The notes under the pieces: generated by a model
Told to the model about the DNA's origin: nothing
Seen by the model: the letters and a program-made list of their open reading frames with translations, nothing else
Databases searched by the model: none
Assembly: GCA_043820655.1 (NCBI GenBank)
Contig: JBDRDO010000030.1
Span: forward strand, 1-33,850
DNA: 33,850 nt
Direction of reading: 5' to 3'
From: Candidatus Iainarchaeum sp.
Lineage (GTDB): Archaea; Iainarchaeota; Iainarchaeia; Iainarchaeales; JAZDEL01
Shown here: positions 24,837 to 33,850 of the stretch, in pieces
How the letters are laid out: each line of letters starts with the position of its first letter
How positions within the stretch are numbered: position 1 is the stretch's first letter
Translations under genes and position numbers: made by a program

Positions 24837-25565
24837 ATGAAAACAAAGGCAAAAATAAAAACTGTAATTCTTGTAGGCGGGAAGGGCATGCGCCTGCGTG
24901 AGTTCACGGAGGAGATGCCGAAGGCAATGGTTCCAATTGGAGGGAAGCCGATACTGTGGCACATAATGAAGATTTACGCAACCGCAGGATTTACTGATTT
25001 CGTGCTTTGCACAGGATATCACAGGGAGCAGATTGAGGAATACTTCAGGAAGAACAATGAGGACAACTGGAATATTGAGTTTGTAGATACGGGACTTGAA
25101 AGCACAAAGGCCGAGCGCTTGCGGAGGATTGAGAAGTTTATGGAAGGGGAGAATGAATTCTTTGTTGCTTATGGAGATGATGTAAGTGATGTTGATGTCA
25201 AGGCTGTACTGGAATTCCACAGGAAAAGCGGAAAGGTTGGGACGCTCACAACAGTAAATCCTGAAAGTCAGTTCGGCGTGCTTGACCTGGGTGAAAGCGG
25301 CGCTGTTAAGGGGATACGCGAAAAGCCGAGGCTTAACACATGGATAAACGGCGGATTTTTTGTTTTTAACAGAAGGATTTTTGATTATCTGCATAAGGTG
25401 CAGGGCGAGTTAGAGAACGAAGTTTTTGCGGAACTTGTGAATGAGCAGGAACTTGTTGCGAGAAAACATGAAGGTTTCTGGGGCTGCATGAATACCTTTA
25501 AAGAATGGTCCGAATTGAATGAACTTTGGAAGCACGGAAAGGCACCATGGAAGAAATGGGAATGA
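24837..25565 (+). CDS. rfbF: Glucose-1-phosphate cytidylyltransferase-like nucleotidyltransferase (RfbF/DdhA)
   Basis: VILVGGKGMRLREFT..PKAMVPIGGKPILWHIMKIY, VDTG, YGDDVSD, WINGGFFV, HEGFWGCM, APWKKW. Confidence 0.85.
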   Translation: MKTKAKIKTVILVGGKGMRLREFTEEMPKAMVPIGGKPILWHIMKIYATAGFTDFVLCTGYHREQIEEYFRKNNEDNWNIEFVDTGLESTKAERLRRIEKFMEGENEFFVAYGDDVSDVDVKAVLEFHRKSGKVGTLTTVNPESQFGVLDLGESGAVKGIREKPRLNTWINGGFFVFNRRIFDYLHKVQGELENEVFAELVNEQELVARKHEGFWGCMNTFKEWSELNELWKHGKAPWKKWE

Positions 25566-26548
25566 TTTGTATGGGTGATGAAAATTTCTGGCAGGGTAAA
25601 AAAGCATTTGTAACCGGCGCGGACGGCTTTATTGGTTCATGGGTTGCCAAGGGTTTGCTCGAGAAAGGCGCGAATGTTTACTGCCTTGCGCGAGATGTTA
25701 AGAAAGATGCAGGGTATGATGTGCTGGGCATCAGGGATAAAATTACACTTGTACACGGGGATTTGATTGATTATGCCTCACTTGAGAGGCCTGTTAGGGA
25801 ATATGAAATTGATTCTGTTTTCCATCTTGCCGCGCAGGCACTGGTTGGTGTTGCGAACTCGGGGCCGATGAGCACCTTTGAATCAAACATACGCGGAACT
25901 TACAATTTGCTTGAGGCATGCAGGCGCGCGGAGCGTGTTAAGAGGATTGTTGTTGCAAGCAGTGACAAGGCTTACGGTGTGCAGGAGAAACTGCCCTATA
26001 CTGAGGACAGCCCGCTGCACGGGGCGTATCCGTATGATGCGTCAAAGGCATGCACGGATATAATTGCAAGGTCTTATTTTACCACTTACGGAATGCCGGT
26101 TACAGTGACAAGGAACGCAAACACATACGGCGGGGGGGACATGAACTTCTCAAGGATTGTGCCTGATGCAATAAGGTGCGCGCTTGAGGGGAAGGCACTT
26201 GAGATACGCTCGGATGGGAAGGCGGAGAGGGATTATATGTATGCACAGGATGCTGTGAGCGCGTACTTAACGCTTGCCGAGAACGCGGAACAAGAGGGCG
26301 TGAAGGGAGAGGCGTTTAACTTTGGAACAGGGAAGCCTGTGAGCGTGCTTGAGGTTGTTAAAGAAATAAACGGAATTGTTGATTCCGCTGTTGAGCCTAA
26401 GGTGCTTGGCAGTGCGAAGAATGAGATTGACAGGCAGTGGCTTGACAGCGGCAAGGCCGCGCGCGTGCTTGGCTGGAAGCCGGAGTATTCACTTGCGCAG
26501 GGTTTGAAGGAAACAGTGGAATGGTACAGGCATTACCTGAAGAAATAA
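25562..26548 (+). CDS. CDP-glucose 4,6-dehydratase-like SDR (RfbG/DdhB family)
   Basis: FWQGKKAFVTGADGFIGSW, FHLAAQALV, SSDKAY, PYDASK, NTYGGGD.NFSRIVP; follows the rfbF-like gene with an ATGA overlap. Confidence 0.8.
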   Translation: MICMGDENFWQGKKAFVTGADGFIGSWVAKGLLEKGANVYCLARDVKKDAGYDVLGIRDKITLVHGDLIDYASLERPVREYEIDSVFHLAAQALVGVANSGPMSTFESNIRGTYNLLEACRRAERVKRIVVASSDKAYGVQEKLPYTEDSPLHGAYPYDASKACTDIIARSYFTTYGMPVTVTRNANTYGGGDMNFSRIVPDAIRCALEGKALEIRSDGKAERDYMYAQDAVSAYLTLAENAEQEGVKGEAFNFGTGKPVSVLEVVKEINGIVDSAVEPKVLGSAKNEIDRQWLDSGKAARVLGWKPEYSLAQGLKETVEWYRHYLKK

Positions 26549-26631
26549 GTGTAAACACGCGGAAACGTTCGCCTGTTGTACCAAACCAGTTATTAAATAT
26601 TATTTGTTTTTTAAATTAGTTGTGATTTCAT

Positions 26632-28125
26632 ATGAGAGTACTGCTGTTAAACCCGCCGTTTATGGGAAAGTATTCCCGCTCTTCGCGGTCTCCTGCCGTG
26701 ACAAAGGGCGGCACTATTTATTATCCGTTGTGGCTTGCGTATGCCACGGGCGTGCTTGAAAAAGAAGGGTTTGAGGCGAAGCTTCTTGATGCGCCTGCTG
26801 AGGGGAAGAGCATTGAAGACGTGCTTTCAATCGTGCGGGAATTTAAGCCCGAGCTTGTGGCGATGGACACAAGCACGGGGAGCATTTACAGCGATGCGGA
26901 GATTGCGGGGAAGATAAAGGAGGAGCGCGGGAATGCGTTTGTTGTTTTTGTGGGCCCGCACCCGTCTGCGGTTCCTGAAGAAACATTGAAAATCAGCGGA
27001 GCGATTGATGCAATTGCAAGGAAGGAATATGATTACACAATACTTGAACTGGCGCAGGAGATTGAAAGGGTGCAAAAGGGCAGGGGAAAGGTGGAGAAGC
27101 CAGGACTGGATCTCGGGAAGATTAACGGGCTGAGCTGGCGCGCACAGGGTGATGCAGACAGGATTATGCACAACAAGGACAGGGCGTTCATAGATGAACT
27201 GGATGAACTACCTTTTGTCAGCGAGGTTTACAAAAGGCACCTTAATATTAAGAATTATTTTTACAGCGCGAATCTTTACCCTGAAATTACAATTATAACG
27301 GGCAGAGGCTGCCCCTACAGGTGCAAGTTCTGTGTCTGGCCGCAGGTTCTTAATGGCAGGGCATACCGCGCAAGAAGCGTTGACAATGTTATTGCCGAGT
27401 TTGAGTACATAAAAAAGAACTTTCCCGAGGCAAAGGAGGTTTTCATTGAGGATGACACCTTTACCGCGGACAGGGCAAGAGTGAAAGAGTTTTGCGAAAA
27501 AATGATTGCGAAAAAAATCCGCATTAAATGGAGTTGTAATGCGCGCGCGGATGTTGATTATGAAACACTGCGCATTATGAAAAAATCAGGGGGCAGACTC
27601 CTGTGCGTGGGAATTGAATCGGGCGTGCAGGAAATCCTTAATAACATAAGCAAGGGCACGCAAATTGAAAAAATAAGGCAGTTCTTCAAGGACACGAAAA
27701 GGGCGGGCATTTTAGTGCACGGATGCTTCATGCTCGGCAATCAGGGCGAAACAAAGGAAACGATTGCGCAAACAATCAGGTTTGCAAAGGAACTTAACCC
27801 CGACACGGCACAGTTCTTTCCGCTTATGGTTTACCCCGGAACTGAAACCTATGATTGGGCGCGTGAGAATAAATTTTTGAAGAGCAATGATTTCAGGGAC
27901 TGGCTGAATGCGGAGGGCGGGCACAACTGCATGGTTAGCAGACCGGGGCTGAGTTCCGAGGAGCTTGTTAGCGAGTGCAACCGCGCGAGAAAGGAGTTTT
28001 ATCTAAGGCCGAATTATGTTGCCTCAAAGGCAGTACAGCTGGTTATGCACCCGCGCGAGGCAAAGAGAATATTTAAGGCAAGCAGAACCTTTTTCAGGCA
28101 CCTTAGGGAAAGGGGAAAAGAGTGA
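26632..28125 (+). CDS. B12-binding-domain radical SAM protein, HpnJ-like
   Basis: LLLNPP, YPLWLAY, LLDAPA, VGPH; TGRGCPYRCKFCVWPQ (CxxxCxxC), EDDTFT, WSCNAR, VGIESG, GETKETI, YPGT. Confidence 0.9.
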   Translation: MRVLLLNPPFMGKYSRSSRSPAVTKGGTIYYPLWLAYATGVLEKEGFEAKLLDAPAEGKSIEDVLSIVREFKPELVAMDTSTGSIYSDAEIAGKIKEERGNAFVVFVGPHPSAVPEETLKISGAIDAIARKEYDYTILELAQEIERVQKGRGKVEKPGLDLGKINGLSWRAQGDADRIMHNKDRAFIDELDELPFVSEVYKRHLNIKNYFYSANLYPEITIITGRGCPYRCKFCVWPQVLNGRAYRARSVDNVIAEFEYIKKNFPEAKEVFIEDDTFTADRARVKEFCEKMIAKKIRIKWSCNARADVDYETLRIMKKSGGRLLCVGIESGVQEILNNISKGTQIEKIRQFFKDTKRAGILVHGCFMLGNQGETKETIAQTIRFAKELNPDTAQFFPLMVYPGTETYDWARENKFLKSNDFRDWLNAEGGHNCMVSRPGLSSEELVSECNRARKEFYLRPNYVASKAVQLVMHPREAKRIFKASRTFFRHLRERGKE

Positions 28126-29087
28126 AGGCGAGCGTTGTTATACCTGTTTATAATTCCGAAGATACAATAGCGGACTGCCTTAAGAGTGTGCTTGCGCAGA
28201 AAGTGCGTGGCGGATTTGAGGTTATAGTTGTTGATGATGGGAGTACGGACAGCACGGGCAAAATTACGAAAAAATTCCCTGTAAAATACATAAGGCAGGA
28301 CAATGCCGGGCCCGCAACTGCGCGGAATAAAGGCGTGAAGCGCGCAAGCGGAAAGTATGTTGCATTTATTGATGCCGATTGCGTTGCATCCGGGGGCTGG
28401 CTTGCGGAATTGCTGAAGCCGCTTGAGGAAAATGAGGCAACAGGAGTGCAGGGCGCCTACAGGAGTGAACAGCGGGAGATTATTGCAAGGTTTTCACAGG
28501 TTGAGATCGAGGACAGATATGAAAGGATGATGCGCGCGAAAAGCATTGACTGGGTGGGTTCGTATTCATCCGCATACAGGAGGGATGTATTCGTGCGGGA
28601 GAGCGGATATGATGAGGACTTTCCAACTGCTTCGGGCGAGGATCCCGAGCTGAGCTTCAAGCTCGCGAAGAAGGGGCACAAATTGCTTTTCAATCCGCGC
28701 GCAGTTGTTTTCCACAAACACCAGAGCACGCTGGCTTCGTATTTGAAAAGCAAATTTTACCGCGCGTATTGGAGAGTTCTGCTTTACAAAAAGCACAGGG
28801 AGAAGGCTGTGAAGGATTCATACACCCCTCAGGTGCTGAAGGTGCAGATCGGATTGTTTTACCTTTTCTGTGCAGGAATTGTTGCAGCACTGCTGAATCC
28901 TGCGCTTTCATTTGTGCCTGTTGGAATTCTGCTCGCGGGCTTTTTGAGCACTTTGCCATTCACAATTTTTGCATTACAGCGTGACTTCACAGTGGGGTTG
29001 GTGGCACCGTTTGTCATCATGCTGCGTTCCGTGGTTTTCGGCGCGGGGCTGGCCACTGCAACTGTAAGGGGCGTGGCGCGGAAATGA
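28122..29087 (+). CDS. Glycosyltransferase family 2 with C-terminal TM helices
   Basis: SVVIPVYN, VVDDGSTD, GPATARNKG, FIDADC, GEDPEL; hydrophobic C-terminus. Confidence 0.9.
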   Translation: MKASVVIPVYNSEDTIADCLKSVLAQKVRGGFEVIVVDDGSTDSTGKITKKFPVKYIRQDNAGPATARNKGVKRASGKYVAFIDADCVASGGWLAELLKPLEENEATGVQGAYRSEQREIIARFSQVEIEDRYERMMRAKSIDWVGSYSSAYRRDVFVRESGYDEDFPTASGEDPELSFKLAKKGHKLLFNPRAVVFHKHQSTLASYLKSKFYRAYWRVLLYKKHREKAVKDSYTPQVLKVQIGLFYLFCAGIVAALLNPALSFVPVGILLAGFLSTLPFTIFALQRDFTVGLVAPFVIMLRSVVFGAGLATATVRGVARK

Positions 29088-30208
29088 AAATTGTGCAGGT
29101 TACGCATCACTTCTCGCCCTGCATCGGCGGGGTTGAGAGTGTTGTGCTTGAAACCTCAAGGCGGCTTGTGGAGGCGGGGCATGAAGTAAGTGTTGTCTGC
29201 CTTGACAGATGTGCAAAGGGCGGGAAAATTCTGCCCGGCACAGGCGAGATTGATGGAATTAAAATTACGCGCATACCATTCATTGATTTGAAGTATTACA
29301 AGATTGCGCCGCGCGTGCTTTCGCTTATTACGGGCGCGGATTTGGTGCACGTGCATGGAGTGGGGTTCTTCAGCGATTATCTGCTTGCATTGAAGGGCGT
29401 GCATAAACTGCCTGTTATTGTTTCAACGCACGGCGGAATTATGCACACGCGGAAGATGCGAGCAATTAAGGCAATTTATGGGCTGTGGATGCCGCTGATG
29501 CTTAACCGTGCGGATGCGGTTGTTGCGGTGAGCAAAAATGACAGGGATGCATTCTCGCGCATTTGTGCCGGGGGGAAAGTGAGGCTTATTGAGAACGGGA
29601 TTGATTACGCAAGGTTTGCAAATGCGCGGGGGAAAACTGAGAAGAATTCATTTATCTATGTAGGCAGGCTTTCAAGAAACAAGAGAGTAGATAATCTGAT
29701 TGAAACATTTGCATTTTTGAAAAAGGCGGGCGTGGAATTTAAGCTTACAATCCTCGGGCATGACTTTGACGGCATTGCGGAGAAACTGCATGGGCTTGTG
29801 GAGAAGAAGGGGCTGGGGGGGGATGTGATGTTTGTCGGCTCGGCAGAGGCAGAGGAGCTTGCAAAGGCCGTTGCGCGCGCGGAGTATTTTGTTTCCGCCT
29901 CGGAGTACGAGGGGTTTGGGTTAAGCACTGTCGAGGCAATGGCAGCGGGCACTGTTCCGCTTGTGAATAACATTCCCGCGTTCAGGCAACTTATACATAA
30001 CAGAAGGAACGGATTTTTGCTGGATTATGGAAAGCCCGAGCTTGCGGCACGCGTGATTCAGGAGGTTATTGGAATGCCCGCTGTTGAGAGAGTGCGCATT
30101 GCAGGGCGGGCAAAATCCCGCGCAAAAAGTTTTGATTGGGAGAGAAAAGTGCGGGAGTTTGAGGGGCTTTATTCGCAAGTGGTACAAAGGCTGAAGTGTA
30201 AAAAATGA
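29084..30208 (+). CDS. Glycosyltransferase family 4
   Basis: GGVE, VHVH, STHGG, IENGID, VGRLSRNK, EGFGLSTVEAMAAG. Confidence 0.93.
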   Translation: MKIVQVTHHFSPCIGGVESVVLETSRRLVEAGHEVSVVCLDRCAKGGKILPGTGEIDGIKITRIPFIDLKYYKIAPRVLSLITGADLVHVHGVGFFSDYLLALKGVHKLPVIVSTHGGIMHTRKMRAIKAIYGLWMPLMLNRADAVVAVSKNDRDAFSRICAGGKVRLIENGIDYARFANARGKTEKNSFIYVGRLSRNKRVDNLIETFAFLKKAGVEFKLTILGHDFDGIAEKLHGLVEKKGLGGDVMFVGSAEAEELAKAVARAEYFVSASEYEGFGLSTVEAMAAGTVPLVNNIPAFRQLIHNRRNGFLLDYGKPELAARVIQEVIGMPAVERVRIAGRAKSRAKSFDWERKVREFEGLYSQVVQRLKCKK

Positions 30209-30254
30209 AACTGTTCGATATTTTTGGTGCAATCGGCAGAGGAGTGCGTTTTAC

Positions 30255-31430
30255 ATGAATCTCCTAATCAGCGCTTATCATGGCACCGGCTTCGGAGGGG
30301 CGGAGAGGTCTGGGTCCACAATTGCGGAAGGGCTGGAAAAGCACGGGCACAGCGTATTTATGGCTTCAACAGCCGAATATGAGGGTTTAAACACGCTGAA
30401 ATTCAGCAAATACCCCCTGCCTTTGCCTTTTTTTCAGCGTTTTTACCTCAAAAACTTTCTGAAGAAAATCATCAAAAAAGAGAAAATTGACATTATTCAT
30501 GCCCAGGATCGGCTGACTTCAATAGGGGCGGTGCTTGCTGCAAAGGAGTGCGGCATTCCTGCAGTGGTGCACTTCCGTGACTACTGGTTTTGCTGTACCA
30601 AGAGCACATGCCTGCGCAGGGAGGGAAAGGGTTATGCAACATGCCGAACATGCACCACTGAAAATTTACGTGGATGCGTTCCGTGGTACAGATTAGGTTG
30701 GGAAACTTATAAGCTCAATGAAACACGCAAAGTTCTGCCCGTGCTGGACAAGGCGGATGTGAAAATTGCAATAAGCAATGCCGTGAAGAAGAAAATGATG
30801 GCGCACGGCCTGCGGGGAAAGATTGAGGTATTGCCAAATCCGGTGGATACTGTTAAATTCGTTCCTGTCAAAGGGGGCGCGAGGCGCGGGAAGGTTGTCA
30901 CTTTCGTGGGGCGGCTTTCATATGAAAAAGGGATTGCGGAGCTTATGAAAATAATGCAGGGCGTGCTTGCACAGCGAAAGGATGTCAGATTTTTGATTGT
31001 GGGCGAGGGGCCGATGAAAAATGAACTTGAGGAGTTTGTGCAGGAAAAAGGGCTTGCGGGAAATGTTGAAATTGCGGGGCGTGTTTTGTTTGATGAACTG
31101 CCCGCAATTTATGCAAACTCAGATGTTGTGCTTTTTCCGTCGCAATGGGAGGAGCCGTTTGGCAGAATTGCGATTGAGGCAGGAGCGTGTGGAACGCCTG
31201 TTGTTGCAAGCAAAACAGGGGGAATAACTGAAACTGTTGTTGATGGACGCACCGGCTTTTTGGTTTCGCCTTCGCGGACGGAGGAATGGGTTGCAAAAAT
31301 AAATGAACTTCTGGACAATGATTCAATGCGTGCGCAAATGGGAAAGTCTGCAAGGGAATTTGCTGTTGAGAAGTTCAGCACGGATGTTGTTGTGCAGAGG
31401 CTTGAGAAAATTTACAAAGGTGTTTTGTGA
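30255..31430 (+). CDS. Glycosyltransferase family 4 with Cys-rich insert
   Basis: GGAE, HFRDYWFCC...C...C..C...C, VGRLSYEKG, EPFGRIAIEAGACG. Confidence 0.93.
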   Translation: MNLLISAYHGTGFGGAERSGSTIAEGLEKHGHSVFMASTAEYEGLNTLKFSKYPLPLPFFQRFYLKNFLKKIIKKEKIDIIHAQDRLTSIGAVLAAKECGIPAVVHFRDYWFCCTKSTCLRREGKGYATCRTCTTENLRGCVPWYRLGWETYKLNETRKVLPVLDKADVKIAISNAVKKKMMAHGLRGKIEVLPNPVDTVKFVPVKGGARRGKVVTFVGRLSYEKGIAELMKIMQGVLAQRKDVRFLIVGEGPMKNELEEFVQEKGLAGNVEIAGRVLFDELPAIYANSDVVLFPSQWEEPFGRIAIEAGACGTPVVASKTGGITETVVDGRTGFLVSPSRTEEWVAKINELLDNDSMRAQMGKSAREFAVEKFSTDVVVQRLEKIYKGVL

Positions 31431-33217
31431 TGTGCGGCATCTGCGGATTTGCGGGATTTACAGACAGGGCGCTGTTGCGCAGTATGGCTGCCGCGCTTGA
31501 GCACCGCGGGCCTGATGACAGGGGTTTTTTTGAGGACTCCGCAGTTTCACTGGGGCATCGAAGGCTGAGCATAATTGATTTGAGTGCAGAGGCAAAACAC
31601 CCTGTGCATAACGAGGAGGGCAGCGTGCAGGTTGTGCTTAACGGGGAGATTTATAATTACAAAAAACTGCGCACTGAGCTTGAGGCAGGGGGGCACAGAT
31701 TTTATACAGAAGGAGATACGGAAACAATTGTGCACGCGTATGAGGAATACGGGCTGAAGTTTGTTGAGAAGATTGACGGGATGTTTGCATTTGCGCTCTG
31801 GGATGCCGCGAGGAAAAGGCTTGTGCTTGCGCGCGACAGGATGGGTAAGAAGCCGATTTACTATTGGCAGGACGCAGGCAAAAATAAATTTTTGTTTGCT
31901 TCTGAAATCAAGGCACTGTTAAGGTGCAGGGAGGTTCATGCTGAATTGAACCGCAAGGTTTTGCCATTGTGGATGATGATGAGGGTTGTGCCCGCAAGGG
32001 AGACGCTGTTTGCGGGGATTAAAAAGGTTCTGCCTGCGGAAATGCTTGTGCTTGAGAACGGGAAGATTAGGGCGCAGGAATACTGGCGCCTGCGCATGGA
32101 TGAAAACATCTTTGACGAGCACAGCGCGGAGAAACTGCTTGAACAGGAATTTTCAAAGGCCGTGGAGGAGAGGCTGATAAGCGATGTTCCGCTCGGCGCG
32201 TTTTTGAGCGGCGGGCTGGATTCAAGCATGATTGTTGCAAAAATGCAGGGGATTATGAACGAACCCGTTAAAACATTCACTGTCGGCTTTGGGGAAGAGG
32301 GAGATGAGTTCCTGTATGCGCGGCAGATTGCGGAAAGGTTTGGAACCGAGCATAAGGAACTGGTTGTTGGATTTCCCAAGATGACGCGCGCGCTGCCGAA
32401 GCTTGTCTGGCACATGGACGAGCCTATTGCGGATCCCGCAATAATGCCGACTTATTTTGTTACCGCGCTTGCAAGGAAGAAGGTTACTGTTGCATTGCTT
32501 GGGGAGGGTGCGGATGAATTGTTTGCGGGCTACACAAGATACAGGCGGGCGCAGGGGGCGTGGAACTTTTTGCCCGCGGGACTGAAACATTACATTTACA
32601 GGAACCAGGATATTGCATTCAGGGAAACGGAACTGGGAAATGTGCTTGAGGAGGGCAACGGTGCGGGTGCGTTGAGAAAGTTGAGTGACGGATATTTCAA
32701 CAGCAGTGCGAACGGCACTGCTTTCATAAACAGGGCGCTTATGTTTGACCTGCGGGAGCTGCTTCCGAATTATCAATTGATGCGCGTGGATAGATTGACA
32801 ATGGCTCACGGTCTGGAGGCAAGGGCGCCGTTCCTTGCAAAAGGGATTGCGGAATTAAGCGGCAGGCTTGGCGCGGGGCTGAAACTGAATAACGGAACAG
32901 GGAAATACATAAACAGGAAACTTGCGGCAAAGGTTTTGCCAAAGGAGCGGGCGGGCGAGAAGAAAAGAATTTTCTTTGTGCCGATGAGGAAATGGTTTGA
33001 TGAAGATGCACGCGGAGTTGCGGAAGGGCTGCTTGATGAAAGTGTTGTGCATGAGCGCGGAATTTTTGATTACACAGGCGTGAAAAAACTGTTTAATGAA
33101 AGGGAGCGCGGAATTTTCAGGGGCAGGGCATCAAACCAATTATGGATGATGATGATGCTTGAAATCTGGTTCAGGACTTTTGTTGATAAGCGCGGGGAGA
33201 GGGCAATAAAATTATAA
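31430..33217 (+). CDS. asnB: Asparagine synthase (glutamine-hydrolysing)-like amidotransferase, likely glycan amidation
   Basis: N-terminal MCGICG (Ntn Cys), HRGPD, GHRRLSIID, NGEIYN, LSGGLDSS, GEGADELFAGY, MAHGLEARAPF. Confidence 0.93.
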   Translation: MCGICGFAGFTDRALLRSMAAALEHRGPDDRGFFEDSAVSLGHRRLSIIDLSAEAKHPVHNEEGSVQVVLNGEIYNYKKLRTELEAGGHRFYTEGDTETIVHAYEEYGLKFVEKIDGMFAFALWDAARKRLVLARDRMGKKPIYYWQDAGKNKFLFASEIKALLRCREVHAELNRKVLPLWMMMRVVPARETLFAGIKKVLPAEMLVLENGKIRAQEYWRLRMDENIFDEHSAEKLLEQEFSKAVEERLISDVPLGAFLSGGLDSSMIVAKMQGIMNEPVKTFTVGFGEEGDEFLYARQIAERFGTEHKELVVGFPKMTRALPKLVWHMDEPIADPAIMPTYFVTALARKKVTVALLGEGADELFAGYTRYRRAQGAWNFLPAGLKHYIYRNQDIAFRETELGNVLEEGNGAGALRKLSDGYFNSSANGTAFINRALMFDLRELLPNYQLMRVDRLTMAHGLEARAPFLAKGIAELSGRLGAGLKLNNGTGKYINRKLAAKVLPKERAGEKKRIFFVPMRKWFDEDARGVAEGLLDESVVHERGIFDYTGVKKLFNERERGIFRGRASNQLWMMMMLEIWFRTFVDKRGERAIKL

Positions 33218-33253
33218 GGGGTGAAACCTTAAAATTTAAGTCAGGGTGAGATT

Positions 33254-33850
33254 ATGAAACTGCTCGTTATTGCACATGCCGCATTTATGCGGACAAACCG
33301 TATCCTTTTCAGGGAAATTGCCGCACTCGGGACCGATACAACTATTCTCTCCCCGGGGGAGTGGAGAGGTGATTTCAAGCTGGATAAAATAAAAATGGAG
33401 CCAAGGAAGGGTGAGAAGTTTGCACTGCTTTCAGGGAAGACCGCATTCAACGGAAAAATAAACTATTATTTCTTCACCTCGCCGCTCCTGCTAAACATGG
33501 GGAAAATAAAGCCCGACATTGTTTTTATTTATCAGGAGCCGTGGAGTTTCAGTGCACTGCAGGCAGCGATTGTTTCAAGGATTTTTGGCGCGGAACCTGT
33601 CTTTTACACAATGGAAAATATGGAGCGCAGACTCATGTTTCCATTGCCCCTTATTGAAAAAATAGTGTTCAGGCTGTGCAAAAATGCGTTTGCACTCACC
33701 GACGAGGGGATTGAACTGCTTAGGAAAAAGGGGTTCAGAGGAAGGGTGGAAAAACTTTATCTTGGAGTTGACACAAAACTTTTCAGGAAACGCAATGCCC
33801 TTGTGCTTAAGAAAAAGCTCGGGCTGAATGGGTTTGTAATAGGATATATG
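33254..33850 (+). CDS. Glycosyltransferase family 4, N-terminal part (runs off the window)
   Basis: Open frame from ATG 33254 (SD GGGTGAG) to the end: MKLLVIAH...KPDIVFYYQEPWS...LGVDTKLF...FVIGYM. It is absent from the ORF track because it has no stop in the window. Confidence 0.85.
   Translation, partial: MKLLVIAHAAFMRTNRILFREIAALGTDTTILSPGEWRGDFKLDKIKMEPRKGEKFALLSGKTAFNGKINYYFFTSPLLLNMGKIKPDIVFIYQEPWSFSALQAAIVSRIFGAEPVFYTMENMERRLMFPLPLIEKIVFRLCKNAFALTDEGIELLRKKGFRGRVEKLYLGVDTKLFRKRNALVLKKKLGLNGFVIGYM

Noticed and set aside
4154-33450. Numerous overlapping antisense or alternate-frame ORFs in the track (e.g. 4569-5225, 10239-11099, 13754-14485, 15856-16788, 18096-18782)
   Set aside because: They are shadows of well-supported genes and have no recognisable motifs.
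1-33850. Genome-wide TAG reassignment (pyrrolysine or other recoding)
   Set aside because: rsmA, cupin, rpo4, the flippase-like gene and GT2 (23925-24827) end in TAG at plausible natural C-termini, and no other conserved gene here has an internal TAG.

Overview
Archaeal genomic window, as shown by TBP, Rpo4/RpoF, eL21, AglB and TATA-box promoters. The gene style and an unlinked 5S rRNA suggest a DPANN lineage, which is inference only. It has three parts. (1) 1-5.4 kb is an accessory region. It holds the 3' end of an AMP phosphorylase interrupted by one in-frame TAG, two tandem paralogous ORFans, and a 36-bp direct repeat whose copies each carry a covarying palindrome. It also holds a Zn-ribbon/TM/Cys-rich surface protein, a DUF3800-like RNase H-fold protein and a tyrosine integrase with a C-terminal Zn ribbon. 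(2) 5.4-9.6 kb is a housekeeping block. The rpl21e-rpo4-DUF655-rsmA string is split by an opposite-strand orphan receiver + cupin pair. It is followed by a divergent, unusually symmetric TBP with a histone-H1-like basic tail and a solitary 5S rRNA. (3) 9.7-33.85 kb is a large N-glycosylation/surface-glycan cluster: aglB, aglH, split Alg14/Alg13-like genes, a flippase-like gene, dTDP- and CDP-sugar enzymes, a UGM-like flavoprotein, GT2/GT4 genes, two radical SAM enzymes (one HpnJ-like), a methyltransferase and an AsnB-like amidotransferase. An unexplained array of four alternating 12-bp half-sites lies in its divergent intergenic region at 20005-20092. All calls come from motif recognition by eye; no database searches were run.
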